Assembly: GCA_963666205.1 (NCBI GenBank)
Contig: OY762654.1
Span: 800,001-864,000 of the forward strand
DNA length: 64,000 nucleotides
From: Synergistales bacterium
Lineage (GTDB): Bacteria; Synergistota; Synergistia; Synergistales; JAFGMB01
Direction: 5' to 3'
Part shown: piece by piece, positions 10,431-21,083 of the stretch
Layout of the letters: the number at the start of each line of letters is the position of its first letter
Numbering within the stretch: the stretch's first letter is position 1
The notes under the pieces: generated by a model
Databases searched by the model: none
Told to the model about the DNA's origin: nothing
Seen by the model: only the letters and a program-made list of their open reading frames with translations
Position numbers and translations under genes: made by a program

Positions 10431-12167
10431 ATGACACTTATAAAGTGTGGTGTTAACACGACAAAATCGCTTAAGGGTATCATGGACTTTGATCCGATTT
10501 TCAGGACCGTTGCATATTTTTCAATGGAAATAGGGATCAAGGCAAACATGCCCACTTACGCAGGAGGACTAGGGATACTGGCAGGAGACATATTGAAAAG
10601 TGCTGCAGATCTGGCAGTACCCATGGTGGGTGTTACCCTGCTCTACAGAAAGGGCTACTTTACACAGGAACTGGATGGAAATGGACGTCAGGTTGAAAAA
10701 CCTGCCGAATGGGATCCTTCTGAAGAGATGGAGCTCCTTCCCAACGAAATAATCATAACCCTCGAACAGAGGAAAATCATTATCAGGGTCTGGGTACATG
10801 AGATTACAGGAAATACTGGTTACACCATACCAGTTTATTTTCTGGATACTGATATTGAAGGAAATGATCCAAAGGACCGAGCCCTTACCGGCAGCCTCTA
10901 TGGAGGTGATGAAAGATATCGCCTCTGTCAGGAACTGATCCTGGGACTTGGCGGCTTGAGGATGCTCCGTTCCATAGGATTTAACAATCTGAGAAAATTT
11001 CACCTTAATGAAGGACATGCAGCATTCCTTGTTTTGGAAATGTTACGTGAGGAAGGTTTTGAAAATTTCCAGAAAATCCGGGAAAGGGGGGTATTCACTA
11101 CCCACACACCGGTTCCTGCTGGACATGACCACTTTTCTTATGAACTGGTTGAAAAGGTAATGAGCGTTAACATTGTAAACCAGTTAAGAAAGATGCTTTC
11201 CCAGGAAGGTGTTTCCATGACTGAGTTAGGAATGCGCTACTGCTCATTTGTTAATGGAGTATCAAAAAAACATGCTGAGGTCAGTAGAAAGATGTTCCAA
11301 AAAGAGGATATTTATTCAATAACCAACGGGGTCCACCCTGGAACGTGGGTCAGCCCTGAAATGAAACTCATCTTTGATTCATCCATTCCTGGTTGGATAA
11401 ACGCACCGGCGAGGATGGTACAGTCCGTCAATATACCCGGTAGCGAGATATGGAAGGCTCATATGTCCGCCAAATCAAGACTGATCTCATATATTAAGGA
11501 TACACAGGGCATCAGACTTGATGAAAACATTCTTACCATAGGCTTCGGAAGAAGAGCCACCCCTTACAAGAGGGCTGATCTTATTTTTTCCGACCTTCAT
11601 AAACTGCTGGATATAGCCTCGGGGAAAGTTCAGCTCGTATTTGCAGGGAAAGCGCATCCCCGGGACGAAGGCGGCAAAGGGATCATTCAGAAGATAATAG
11701 GCCTTTCCGAGGTTCTCGGAGACAATATTCCTCTTGTTTTCCTTGAAGATTACGATATGGAAACAGGTGCACTATTGACACAGGGAGTTGATCTCTGGCT
11801 TAACACTCCCCGCAGACCCAGGGAGGCATCAGGAACAAGCGGCATGAAATGTGCCTTGAATGGGGTCCCCAATTTTTCGATCCTGGACGGCTGGTGGATC
11901 GAGGGTTGCATCGAAGGAGTAACAGGATGGGCGATCGGGCCTGAGGCGATGGAAGATTTTCTGTCAAGTTACGATGAGACAAAAGATGCAGACGACCTCT
12001 ACAGAAAACTCGAAGAAAAGGTGATACCCCTTTATTACAAAAACAGGGAAGGCTGGATCGGGATGATGAAAAATATCATTGCCCTTAATGCCAGTTATTT
12101 CAACACTCACAGGGTTGTCCGTGAGTATTGTGAGCAGGCCTACGGTATCGAATTCCTGGGAATGTAA
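10431..12167 (+). CDS. glgP: Alpha-glucan (glycogen/maltodextrin) phosphorylase, short form
   Basis: YAGGLGILAGD, LNEGHAA, FTTHTPVPAGHD, RRATPYKR, EASGTSGMK. Alternative start at 10482. Confidence 0.95.
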   Translation: MTLIKCGVNTTKSLKGIMDFDPIFRTVAYFSMEIGIKANMPTYAGGLGILAGDILKSAADLAVPMVGVTLLYRKGYFTQELDGNGRQVEKPAEWDPSEEMELLPNEIIITLEQRKIIIRVWVHEITGNTGYTIPVYFLDTDIEGNDPKDRALTGSLYGGDERYRLCQELILGLGGLRMLRSIGFNNLRKFHLNEGHAAFLVLEMLREEGFENFQKIRERGVFTTHTPVPAGHDHFSYELVEKVMSVNIVNQLRKMLSQEGVSMTELGMRYCSFVNGVSKKHAEVSRKMFQKEDIYSITNGVHPGTWVSPEMKLIFDSSIPGWINAPARMVQSVNIPGSEIWKAHMSAKSRLISYIKDTQGIRLDENILTIGFGRRATPYKRADLIFSDLHKLLDIASGKVQLVFAGKAHPRDEGGKGIIQKIIGLSEVLGDNIPLVFLEDYDMETGALLTQGVDLWLNTPRRPREASGTSGMKCALNGVPNFSILDGWWIEGCIEGVTGWAIGPEAMEDFLSSYDETKDADDLYRKLEEKVIPLYYKNREGWIGMMKNIIALNASYFNTHRVVREYCEQAYGIEFLGM

Positions 12168-12199
12168 AATCAGAGAAGAGCTTCCCATCCGGAACAGAG

Positions 12200-13681
12200 G
12201 TGATCTTTTTGTCTGACCATTTAGAAAGAAGATTCAAGGTCCTCCATGTGGCTCCTGAAATGGCTCCTTTTTCAAAGGTTGGGGGACTTGCAGATGTTAT
12301 ATCTTCTCTACCTGGAGCACTTAACAGAATTGGGACCGATGCCAGGGTCCTGATCCCTGCATTTCCAGGTGTTTTCGAAGAAGCAGAAAAAATGGATTAC
12401 AGAGTCAGCAGGATCAGGCGGAACATAGACCTTTCAATAAACTGGCGGGTCTACTCATCCAGGCTCTGGAAAATACAGTATGGAACTACTCCTGTTTATG
12501 TCCTTGATAACCCTGATATTTTCAATTCTCCAGGGATATACCCTGGAGAATTGGACCAGACAACTGCTCTACCCTTCATCTTCCTTTCCCTCGCTGCATT
12601 TGAGATCTCCAATGCTATCCCCTGGACACCGGATATATTTCATTTACATGACTGGTCTACTTCCATAGTTCCTATAGCAATGAAATGGCATCCCTACTTC
12701 AGGCGTTATCAGAACCAATACCGGACAGTACTCACTATCCATAATCTGGCTCACCAGGGAATTCTAAAACCGGAAGTGCTTGAAGGATGGGGATTGAATA
12801 AAGCTTTTCACATGGAGGGCCTTGAGTATTATGACTCTGTCAATCTTCTGAAAGGAGCCATTATCACGTCTGATGCAGTAGTAACCGTCAGTCCCCGTTA
12901 CGCATCAGAGATAACTCATGAATCCATGGGAATGGGCCTTGAAGGGGTAGTAAAGGAAAACATATCAAAAGTTTCCGGAATCCTTAATGGTCTTGATACA
13001 GATTACTGGAATCCGGCAAGTGACAGTTTTCTTCCTTCCAATTATGACAGGAAGAACATGTCTGGAAAAAAGATCTGTCGATCAGCACTCTTTGAAAAAA
13101 CAGGCTGGGAAGAAAACGGCAGTCCGCTGATCACTATGGTGGGTAGACTTTACAAACAGAAAGGCATAGAACTGATGCTCGAAGGCCTTGAACAGATCTT
13201 CAACTGGGGAGGCAGGATATTCATCCTGGGAAGCGGCGAAAAAACGTATGAAGAAGCTCTTTTCAAAAAGACAAGGGAATATCCTGATAAAATCTCGTTT
13301 GTTAGAGGATACGATGAGTCTCTGGCACATCTTGTTTATGGTGCAGGAGATATTTTTCTGATGCCATCCCTTTTCGAACCATGCGGTCTTTCCCAGCTGA
13401 TTTCCCTCAGATACGGGACAGTCCCCGTTGTCAGGGCTGTAGGCGGACTTGCCGACACTGTTCTTGATGCTGACAGTAATAGTGAAGGTTATGGATTCGT
13501 TTTTTCTGAGTTTTCATCTCATGCAATGCTGTTATCTCTTCAAAGGGCTTTCATATCCTTTAAAAATAAGGAAATATGGAATAGTATAAAGGATAGAGGA
13601 ATGAAGATGGATTTCTCCTGGAACCATTCAGCCCCAGAATACCAGGCTGTTTATTCCCGGATATTCAATTCAGAAGCTTGA
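12200..13681 (+). CDS. glgA: Glycogen synthase
   Basis: KVGGLADV, HLHDW, TIHNLAHQG, PSLFEPCGLSQL. Confidence 0.96.
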   Translation: MIFLSDHLERRFKVLHVAPEMAPFSKVGGLADVISSLPGALNRIGTDARVLIPAFPGVFEEAEKMDYRVSRIRRNIDLSINWRVYSSRLWKIQYGTTPVYVLDNPDIFNSPGIYPGELDQTTALPFIFLSLAAFEISNAIPWTPDIFHLHDWSTSIVPIAMKWHPYFRRYQNQYRTVLTIHNLAHQGILKPEVLEGWGLNKAFHMEGLEYYDSVNLLKGAIITSDAVVTVSPRYASEITHESMGMGLEGVVKENISKVSGILNGLDTDYWNPASDSFLPSNYDRKNMSGKKICRSALFEKTGWEENGSPLITMVGRLYKQKGIELMLEGLEQIFNWGGRIFILGSGEKTYEEALFKKTREYPDKISFVRGYDESLAHLVYGAGDIFLMPSLFEPCGLSQLISLRYGTVPVVRAVGGLADTVLDADSNSEGYGFVFSEFSSHAMLLSLQRAFISFKNKEIWNSIKDRGMKMDFSWNHSAPEYQAVYSRIFNSEA

Positions 13682-13735
13682 GGTAAAGTAACCCCAATTA
13701 CACATTTTCGACAAGATCAGAATGGAGGGGGAAAT

Positions 13736-15016
13736 ATGAAGGCAAAAAAACATGGACGAGTTCTTGGGATAGTACTGGCAGGAGGGAAAGGTACCAGACT
13801 GATGCCTCTTACAAAATACCGTGCAAAACCTGCAGTTCATTTTGCCGGCAAGTACAGGATAATTGATTTCGCCCTTTCAAACCTTATCAACAGTGGAATT
13901 TATTCTGTTTATGTCCTTATCCAGTTCAAAAGCCAGTCCCTGACGGAGCACATTGAACGCAGCTGGCAGTTCGGTGGTGCAATGAGAGGCAGGGATCTTT
14001 TTGTAACCCTTGCTCCAGCCCAGATGTGGAGTGGAGAACACTGGTTTCAGGGTACAGCCGATGCTGTTTTTCAGAACATACACCTTATTACAAAATACGA
14101 TGCAGACAGGTTATGTATTTTTGCTGCGGATCACATATATAAAATGGATGTTCGACAAGTCCTGGATTATCACATGGAAAAAGAAGCAGATATTACAGTA
14201 ACTGCCAATGTTGTTCCAAAAAAAGAAGCATCCCAGTTCGGATGCATAGCTGTAGATGAAAGTGGGCAGATTACGGGTTTCGTTGAAAAACCTGCTGACC
14301 CTCCGGAAATACCCGGTAGGCCCGGTTTTTGCTACGTTTCCATGGGAAATTATATTTTTGAAAGAGAGATACTCGAAAGGACAGTCATCGGAGATGCCCA
14401 TGACCCTTCGAGCAGCCACGATTTTGGGAGGGACATTTTCCCCAAATGGCATGATAAATGCAGAATTTTTGCATATGATTTTTCATCAAACCAGTTACCC
14501 GGAAGAGATGAGCCATACTGGAGAGATGTGGGGACCCTGAAGGCCTACTGGCAAACGCACATGGATCTTCTCCAGCATAATTCCAAAATGACTTTATACA
14601 ACCCGGATTGGCCCATAAGAACCGTTTCTTATGCGGACCCACCTTCATATTTCTATCCTGTCAAGGGCCAGACCTGTTCTGTTATGGGAAGTCTTGCTTC
14701 CGAGGGAAGCCGTGTCTTCGGAGCAGTAGTTCACAGATCAGTCCTTTCAAGAAACTGCGTAATACATCCAAAATCGGTGGTTGAAGAATGCATTATAGGA
14801 CATGATGTTATTATCAACGAGGGATGCCAGCTTCGCAGAGTGATTGTAGATTCAAATAATGAAATCCCGGCAAACACCGTAATAGGTTATGACAGGCAAT
14901 ATGACAGAGAGAGATATCACCTGGATGAAGACTCGGGAATAGTAGTAATATCAAAACCGGCTATCAGATTACGTTGTGATCTGGATCCGTCCCTTGTTGG
15001 TGAAAAGGGTAGCTGA
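13736..15016 (+). CDS. glgC: Glucose-1-phosphate adenylyltransferase
   Basis: LAGGKGTRLMPLT..RAKPAV, GTADAV, DHIYKMD, FVEKP, WRDVGT. Confidence 0.97.
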   Translation: MKAKKHGRVLGIVLAGGKGTRLMPLTKYRAKPAVHFAGKYRIIDFALSNLINSGIYSVYVLIQFKSQSLTEHIERSWQFGGAMRGRDLFVTLAPAQMWSGEHWFQGTADAVFQNIHLITKYDADRLCIFAADHIYKMDVRQVLDYHMEKEADITVTANVVPKKEASQFGCIAVDESGQITGFVEKPADPPEIPGRPGFCYVSMGNYIFEREILERTVIGDAHDPSSSHDFGRDIFPKWHDKCRIFAYDFSSNQLPGRDEPYWRDVGTLKAYWQTHMDLLQHNSKMTLYNPDWPIRTVSYADPPSYFYPVKGQTCSVMGSLASEGSRVFGAVVHRSVLSRNCVIHPKSVVEECIIGHDVIINEGCQLRRVIVDSNNEIPANTVIGYDRQYDRERYHLDEDSGIVVISKPAIRLRCDLDPSLVGEKGS

Positions 15017-15032
15017 TAAATAACCGATACCT

Positions 15033-15086
15033 CAGTAACGAAAGAAGAGGCCCTTCCAGCTGGAAGGGCCTCTTCTTTCGTTACTG
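15033..15086. terminator. Perfect 54-bp palindrome, probable bidirectional terminator
   Basis: cagtaacgaaagaagaggcccttccag|ctggaagggcctcttctttcgttactg between convergent glgC and the AsmA-like gene. Confidence 0.8.
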
Positions 15087-15088
15087 TT

Positions 15089-18000
15089 TCACTGCTTGAA
15101 TATCTGTTTAAGGATCTCCTCTTTAATCTGTTCTTCAACATTCTTCTTATCTCCCACGTCAGGACTCTGTCCAGGCTGTTCCGGCATAACTTCCTGGGGT
15201 TTCTGAATTATATCTGCAGGTACAGACTGTTCCTGCTGCACCTGCTGTTGAGACTCGACCTCCGCAGGAGACTCGATTTTTAATGCGGAGACCTTTGGCT
15301 TCGTGAAGGTACCACCTACCTTGAAGGTAGCATCCCTGAAATCATTCTTGCCCGTCTGCTCTCCAGCACCCTGTATAACTCCTTTAAGTAAACCTTCTAT
15401 GGATTTATCCGCAGCAAGACCACCAGTTGCCCCTCCAAGCAATATATTAAGCAACTGAATATTAAAATTCCCTTTACATGAAAGGTCCAGCCTGGATTCG
15501 GGGCCTACTGGCCCCTCCGCCTTGAAATACCTGTAAAGGGGATCCCCATCGAATGCTTTAACCTCTGTATCTGTTTTAAGGATCAGTTTTCCGGTTCCCA
15601 GATCAAAGGGGGCATATACAGATCTGTAACGGAGTGATTTCATACCATGAAGGGCCGCTACAAGACTTATCCCCTTGAACCCGGATATATCCCCTTCCCC
15701 CACTTTTAACAATCCATTGCCCTTATAGGAAAATCCCCCGGCAAAGTCACCTTCAACCTTGGCAAACAACTGGGCTTTACCCGTAATATGGCCTTTGATA
15801 CCAAAGGCATCCCTCAGCATAACATCTAAATCGGTTCCTGTTATATCAATGCTCTCCCTGAATTTTAATTTCTGAATATCCAGAGAACCTTCTCCTTTTA
15901 CAGAACCACCATAAAGGTTAGCTCTACCCTCAGTAGCGGTCAGAATGTTTCCTTCAAGGGATATGGGATATTCGACTTCTGTAAATCTGATGCCCATGCC
16001 AGCTATCTGTGGAGAAGAGAGACTGCCAGAACCGGAATTACCGCCTTCTTCAAAATGTCCCTTGAAGTCAAGATCTATTTCCCCTGTAATGTTAAAATCC
16101 TTTACCTGGGGGAAACCGGCTGTAAGCACTGAAAGGTCCAGCTTCGACCCTTTTATGACAATATCTGCATTTGAGGCTTTTGGCTTTAACTGGCCGGATA
16201 TATCTACAGTACCTCCACCGGCGCGGGCCTGGAGTTTCTCTATCTTGACAAGAGACATATTCCCCGCAAGAGATGCAGAAATATCCTGCATTTTCATACC
16301 TCTCGCAGCAAAGGATGACGAACTGCCTGTAACTTTAAAGGATGGATCGGAGAGGGGCCCCTTAACCGTGACTTCTCCGGTCAGAACACCATCCAGTGGC
16401 ATCATATCCTTCATAGCGGAGGTGACTTCCTTCAGATCAATAGCAGAAGCCTTTATAATCAGATCCAGATCAGGATCCTTGTCCTTTGATGCAAGATTGA
16501 TAAGACCCGAAGCATTCAGGCTGCCATCACCAATAAAAGCCTTACTATCATTAATATTGACAACATTTCCTTTTTTCTCCAGGTTAAGGATAATATTGTT
16601 TACAGGTACATCGGCTAATCTGGCGGAAGAAGCGGAAAGAGAAATTTTGAGATCTTCCGGAATCTTTTTCGGAATCCGGGACAATGTAGTCTCTAAACTC
16701 AGGTTAGAGAAACTGTGCTTTTTCATTACGCCAAGAGAACTGGAAAAAAGATCTACGCTCATACCAGGATCAGGAAGAACGCCTTTAAACCTGACTTTAC
16801 CTGATATATTCCCCTTAAGGTCATATCGGGATACCACGGGGACGAATTTTTCGAAGAAACTGCTATCCATACCATCTGATCGAATCTCCAGATCTATTCC
16901 TCTTGACTTTGTTGAAAGTCCAGATATTTTTCCGCCCCCCGAAAGGGAAGCACCCCTCCATCCAGCTTTAATTTCAGAAAAACTCAGAGTGTCGTTACTG
17001 AATCTGAAGACAGTTAAAGGATTGGCCAATTCCTCTTTCTTCACCATTAACTTCCTGGACCAGATCTTTCCTGAAATTTCCGGATTGTCACTTTTGCCCG
17101 AAATTCTCAAGTCTCCATCCAGCATACCTTCCGCCTGAACCACTTCGAGAACGGGAACTATTGGCTGAAGGTTTTTTAAATTAAAAGACCGAAGGTTACC
17201 CCTGATATCAAGCACAGGAGAAGTCATAAAAGAGGCAACAGAACCCGAAAAATCAAGGGGTGCCTTGTCATATTCACTCTTACCCCTGATCTGCATATTT
17301 CCCCTGGAGATATTTATACCCAGATCGGAGTTATCAATTGAATATCCCATAAATTTGAGCTGACGGGACTGGATCTGGATCTGGCCATCAGGGGCGGAAA
17401 CCTTCCCTTGAAGTTTAATCTTTACCCTGTCAATCATCCCTTCCATACTCTCAAGCCGGGGAGAAAAATCCTTAAGGGATGTAAGATTTACTGAAGTGGC
17501 CTCAAGATCAACAAACATGTCGGGAGCTGCTTCTCTGAATACAAAGGCAAGATTTCCCTTCAGAGGAATCCCCATGGGATTGGCAACAAGGTCTGCTATA
17601 TCAAGCCTGTTTTCCCGGAAACGCCACCTGGAAGAAGCTTCGCTGACGGGGAAACCTGCAAGTTTTTTACCCTGGAAGTTCAGTTCACCGCTAAGATCAG
17701 GTTTTTGCCAGGATCCGATGCCCTTAATGGATGTTGATAAAGAACCTTCATAGGATGAAACATCCCCTTCAGGCCAGAAAGCCAGGATCTTTGCAACATC
17801 CAGTTCGCTCACCTGCCCCTGTACATCAAGAACGGGAAGGATCTTTCCCTCGGCTTTAACTCTGCCCTGACCAACATGGATATCAAGTTTGCCCAGATCT
17901 AGATCATTATCTTCCTTGAGAATCTCCACATTACCCTTGACCGGGAGATCATCAAGCATAAGGTCAAGCTCACTCCTGATCTGCCTGCTCGTGAAATCCA

Positions 18001-18466
18001 GAAGAATATTTTTTATTGTTCCCATGGCCCAGGGAGAACTGACAGTACTGTCAGCTATCTCAAGCTTCTCCAGCGGACTTTCTCCATCTCCCTCCCCAAG
18101 CTCCAGAAAATTAATTATTCTGTTGATCTTTTCAACATCTGAATCAAAACCCTCTATTCTCACCATGGATAGTTTGGGTTTCCTGGAAATAAGGGAGAGA
18201 ACCTTCGGCTTTACCGAGATCTGGCGGGACGAAAGGAGAGTTTCCCCATCTCTGACAAGTGTTATTCCACTTATGGCATAACCCCGAAAGGGATTTCCCT
18301 TGACTTCGTCGATCTTCAGATCGGCCTTCAGCATCTGGTTAACAGCTTTTCGAGCCTGTTCCCTTACTATATCCACTCCTATATCAACACTTGAAAGGAT
18401 CAGGGCAAAACCTGTAATGGCGATCAAAGCAAAGATAATATACAAATTCCGTTTATTTATAGACAT
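15089..18466 (-). CDS. AsmA/TamB-like large beta-rich envelope protein
   Basis: 1125 aa with a single N-terminal TM anchor and repeated Gly-rich beta motifs (GxWxxPxLSG, GPLSDP, GTFTKP). Confidence 0.75.
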   Translation of the reverse strand: MSINKRNLYIIFALIAITGFALILSSVDIGVDIVREQARKAVNQMLKADLKIDEVKGNPFRGYAISGITLVRDGETLLSSRQISVKPKVLSLISRKPKLSMVRIEGFDSDVEKINRIINFLELGEGDGESPLEKLEIADSTVSSPWAMGTIKNILLDFTSRQIRSELDLMLDDLPVKGNVEILKEDNDLDLGKLDIHVGQGRVKAEGKILPVLDVQGQVSELDVAKILAFWPEGDVSSYEGSLSTSIKGIGSWQKPDLSGELNFQGKKLAGFPVSEASSRWRFRENRLDIADLVANPMGIPLKGNLAFVFREAAPDMFVDLEATSVNLTSLKDFSPRLESMEGMIDRVKIKLQGKVSAPDGQIQIQSRQLKFMGYSIDNSDLGINISRGNMQIRGKSEYDKAPLDFSGSVASFMTSPVLDIRGNLRSFNLKNLQPIVPVLEVVQAEGMLDGDLRISGKSDNPEISGKIWSRKLMVKKEELANPLTVFRFSNDTLSFSEIKAGWRGASLSGGGKISGLSTKSRGIDLEIRSDGMDSSFFEKFVPVVSRYDLKGNISGKVRFKGVLPDPGMSVDLFSSSLGVMKKHSFSNLSLETTLSRIPKKIPEDLKISLSASSARLADVPVNNIILNLEKKGNVVNINDSKAFIGDGSLNASGLINLASKDKDPDLDLIIKASAIDLKEVTSAMKDMMPLDGVLTGEVTVKGPLSDPSFKVTGSSSSFAARGMKMQDISASLAGNMSLVKIEKLQARAGGGTVDISGQLKPKASNADIVIKGSKLDLSVLTAGFPQVKDFNITGEIDLDFKGHFEEGGNSGSGSLSSPQIAGMGIRFTEVEYPISLEGNILTATEGRANLYGGSVKGEGSLDIQKLKFRESIDITGTDLDVMLRDAFGIKGHITGKAQLFAKVEGDFAGGFSYKGNGLLKVGEGDISGFKGISLVAALHGMKSLRYRSVYAPFDLGTGKLILKTDTEVKAFDGDPLYRYFKAEGPVGPESRLDLSCKGNFNIQLLNILLGGATGGLAADKSIEGLLKGVIQGAGEQTGKNDFRDATFKVGGTFTKPKVSALKIESPAEVESQQQVQQEQSVPADIIQKPQEVMPEQPGQSPDVGDKKNVEEQIKEEILKQIFKQ

Positions 18467-18570
18467 ATTATCACCTTCCTGACGTGTTAAAGTAATCTAT
18501 ATGTTGCTATTTTATCACTTGAGCTCAGATTTACAAACCTCCCCCGGGTATCTCACGGATTGAACTATTT

Positions 18571-19032
18571 TCACGACACCGGCCATACATATGGAAGATC
18601 ATCAGGCTCGGCCCATCCAAATTGTCCATACCAGACAGGGTCTTTTCTAAGAAGATTCGAGCGATGGGAAGAATGAAAGGGTTCATTGCCGAACCATGGG
18701 GGAAGGAAAAGCCTACTCCTTTTGGCGAATGATATTTCAAGGTCAGATCTGGAAATATCTGTTTGAAGTTTTAAGAATATCTTTTCGTAGCATGTATCTT
18801 TATATCCTTTTTTAATCCATGCATCACACACCACGAGACCATAAAGGATAAGGGCAGTTTCATAACTCCGCCACATTTTTACAGCAGGATGGTTATTCCA
18901 GCCTTTCCGGGAATAGAGGGGATCCAGACAATTAAGGATCTGAAGAACTTCAACCCTCTGTTTGCCAAGTCGTTTTATATCAAGTACAGCAGCGGATCTT
19001 CTGAAATCAGCATAGGGCAAAAAGGTCTGCAT
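18571..19032 (-). CDS. MSMEG_6728-like / pyrimidine-dimer DNA glycosylase family protein
   Basis: MQTFLPY, LGKQRVE, HPAVKMW, SHRSNLLRKDP, YVWP. Confidence 0.85.
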   Translation of the reverse strand: MQTFLPYADFRRSAAVLDIKRLGKQRVEVLQILNCLDPLYSRKGWNNHPAVKMWRSYETALILYGLVVCDAWIKKGYKDTCYEKIFLKLQTDISRSDLEISFAKRSRLFLPPWFGNEPFHSSHRSNLLRKDPVWYGQFGWAEPDDLPYVWPVS

Positions 19033-19043
19033 CTTTTACAGGA

Positions 19044-19874
19044 TCACACCAGGGCTTCCTGTGTGATATCACCTTTTGCTATGATAACTGTCCTGCCTTT
19101 GAGACCGGCATTACAGCAATTCTCTTCAGCCTGAAAATCGAGAAATACTTCGTTTATTCCACCAGGATTATGAACTTTCACAGGGCTGGTTAAACCAAAG
19201 AGATGACACGATACTATAGCACTGGCTGTGGAACCGGTTCCACATGATTCTGTAAGTTCTTCCACGCCTCTTTCATATGTTACGACATTAATATCTCCTG
19301 GACCGGCAAGTTCTGCAAAATTCACGTTCGTACCCTGGGGAAAGATGTCCTGGTTATTTCTTATGGATCGCCCAAGAGTCACAAGATATTCCCTGGAACT
19401 CTCACCAAGAGTTTCCGTCCAGATAACACAATGGGGAACACCCACATTGAGAAATGAATATTTCAGACTGCCGTTACAGGTTTTAATTGTCCCATCCCAT
19501 ACAGCCCCGGATAGATCTATCCGGCCCATATCGAGAGTCACATAGGGCTCATCCACCGTTGCACCCATCACTCCTGCGAGGGTTTCAAAAGACATTACTG
19601 AAGGAGCTATTCCTTGTTGAAAGGCATATCTGGCTATACACCTGGCTCCATTACCACACATTTCTCCTTCAGACCCGTCGCTGTTGAAGAGGCGCATGGT
19701 AAAATCCGCCCTTTGTGAACCTTCCAGGACCAGAATGCCGTCAGCTCCGAGGGATTGACGTCTTCTGCATATCTTCATGGCCATTTCTGACAGCTGGGAA
19801 GAAGTATGTCTGGACTGAAAGTTTTCTATAACAATAAAATCATTTCCGTTACCCTGTATTTTGCAGAATTTCAT
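19044..19874 (-). CDS. dapF: Diaminopimelate epimerase
   Basis: GNGNDF, GADG, EMCGNGARC, GVPH, TNVNF, ERGV, SCGTG. Confidence 0.96.
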   Translation of the reverse strand: MKFCKIQGNGNDFIVIENFQSRHTSSQLSEMAMKICRRRQSLGADGILVLEGSQRADFTMRLFNSDGSEGEMCGNGARCIARYAFQQGIAPSVMSFETLAGVMGATVDEPYVTLDMGRIDLSGAVWDGTIKTCNGSLKYSFLNVGVPHCVIWTETLGESSREYLVTLGRSIRNNQDIFPQGTNVNFAELAGPGDINVVTYERGVEELTESCGTGSTASAIVSCHLFGLTSPVKVHNPGGINEVFLDFQAEENCCNAGLKGRTVIIAKGDITQEALV

Positions 19875-20012
19875 AAATTATCACTCCCTGACATGCTGTT
19901 TAGGATGTAAATACACTGGAGAACTGAAATATAATTATATCAAGTTCAGGAAGAAAACATCTTCCATCCCGTTGTTTTAAGCTCTACCCGGTGACATAAT
20001 TATATCGAGGAG

Positions 20013-21020
20013 GTGGTGAAATTGCTTTCTCTACTTCGGCAGGGTGCAAGAAGCCTTATCATCAGAACCGGGAAAATTGATTTAACTGCAGAATGGCTGA
20101 AAACCAATTTGCCTTTAACAGAATATCAACTCAAGGAGAGCATTAACAGAGCAGAACCCGACCAGACCGTTGTTATTCTTTCCAGCACATGGAAAGTGGA
20201 GGACTCTTACTCCTCCTTTGTTGTTGACAGGTATGCGGAAGAGATGATTCAGATCCTTTTCAATTATCACCCGGACCTCCCTGTTGACATCAGTTTAAGG
20301 CTCCTTCCCCGTTTTATTCATTTCAGGGTAACCGGAAATCCTGAACCAATTATTGAACAGATCGAGAAGGATTTTAACGGAGTTCGGGGTAAGCTTGATG
20401 AATTGCTTTATGATACTTCGGATAAAGGTATCGCTGTTCTTTTCACAGATAAACCACTTAACAGGAATCTCTACCTGGAACATCATTTCAAAGATATACT
20501 CTATATTAACATGCCTGCCCACCTTCTTCTAAGGCATCTCCAATGGCGTGCCGTATCATACTTTAACGAAGGTCTCGATGAAAAGGAATGGAATCTTGTT
20601 GAAATAAGGATATATGACACCTACTCCAGATATCTGCTTCATTGCAGGCGCCTGAGACTTTTCCTTGAAGCATGCGAGATGGGACTTACCATTGGAGAAG
20701 GGTGGGGCAGGGATTACGCACACATACTGATGCCACTTCGGGTCTATACCATGAAAATACTTACATTTTATCCACCGAAGGTCCTTAAGAGAGCCCTCAT
20801 GGGTCTTGAATATTCAGAAGAAGGAGAACGCTTTGTTGACCTGGATCTTTATTTTAACCGGAGGAAAATAGGCTGGACAGAACTGACAGTGGACAGGAAT
20901 AAAAACAGGGAAGAAAATTCCATGGACTTCAGAAAAAGCGTCATGGATAATCTTACTGACCTTCACAAACAGGAAATACGCAGCATCGAAAAAGATATAT
21001 TAAAACAGCAGAGAGGATAG
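20013..21020 (+). CDS. Hypothetical protein, C-terminus weakly CitX-like
   Basis: 335-aa ORF with RBS-like GAGGAGG. Family not confidently recognised. Confidence 0.7.
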   Translation: MVKLLSLLRQGARSLIIRTGKIDLTAEWLKTNLPLTEYQLKESINRAEPDQTVVILSSTWKVEDSYSSFVVDRYAEEMIQILFNYHPDLPVDISLRLLPRFIHFRVTGNPEPIIEQIEKDFNGVRGKLDELLYDTSDKGIAVLFTDKPLNRNLYLEHHFKDILYINMPAHLLLRHLQWRAVSYFNEGLDEKEWNLVEIRIYDTYSRYLLHCRRLRLFLEACEMGLTIGEGWGRDYAHILMPLRVYTMKILTFYPPKVLKRALMGLEYSEEGERFVDLDLYFNRRKIGWTELTVDRNKNREENSMDFRKSVMDNLTDLHKQEIRSIEKDILKQQRG

Positions 21021-21025
21021 AAAGG

Positions 21026-21053
21026 ACCGGGAAGCGAAAGAACGCCCCCCGGT
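21026..21053. terminator. GC-rich hairpin between convergent genes
   Basis: accggg..gcg-aaagaa-cgc..cccggt, imperfect. Confidence 0.5.
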
Positions 21054-21083
21054 TGAGATAGTGATTGTATTTTTATGAGCTCC

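Noticed and set aside
15945-17138. 397-aa plus-strand ORF
   Set aside because: Antisense shadow of the AsmA-like gene; Ser/Pro-rich with no motifs.
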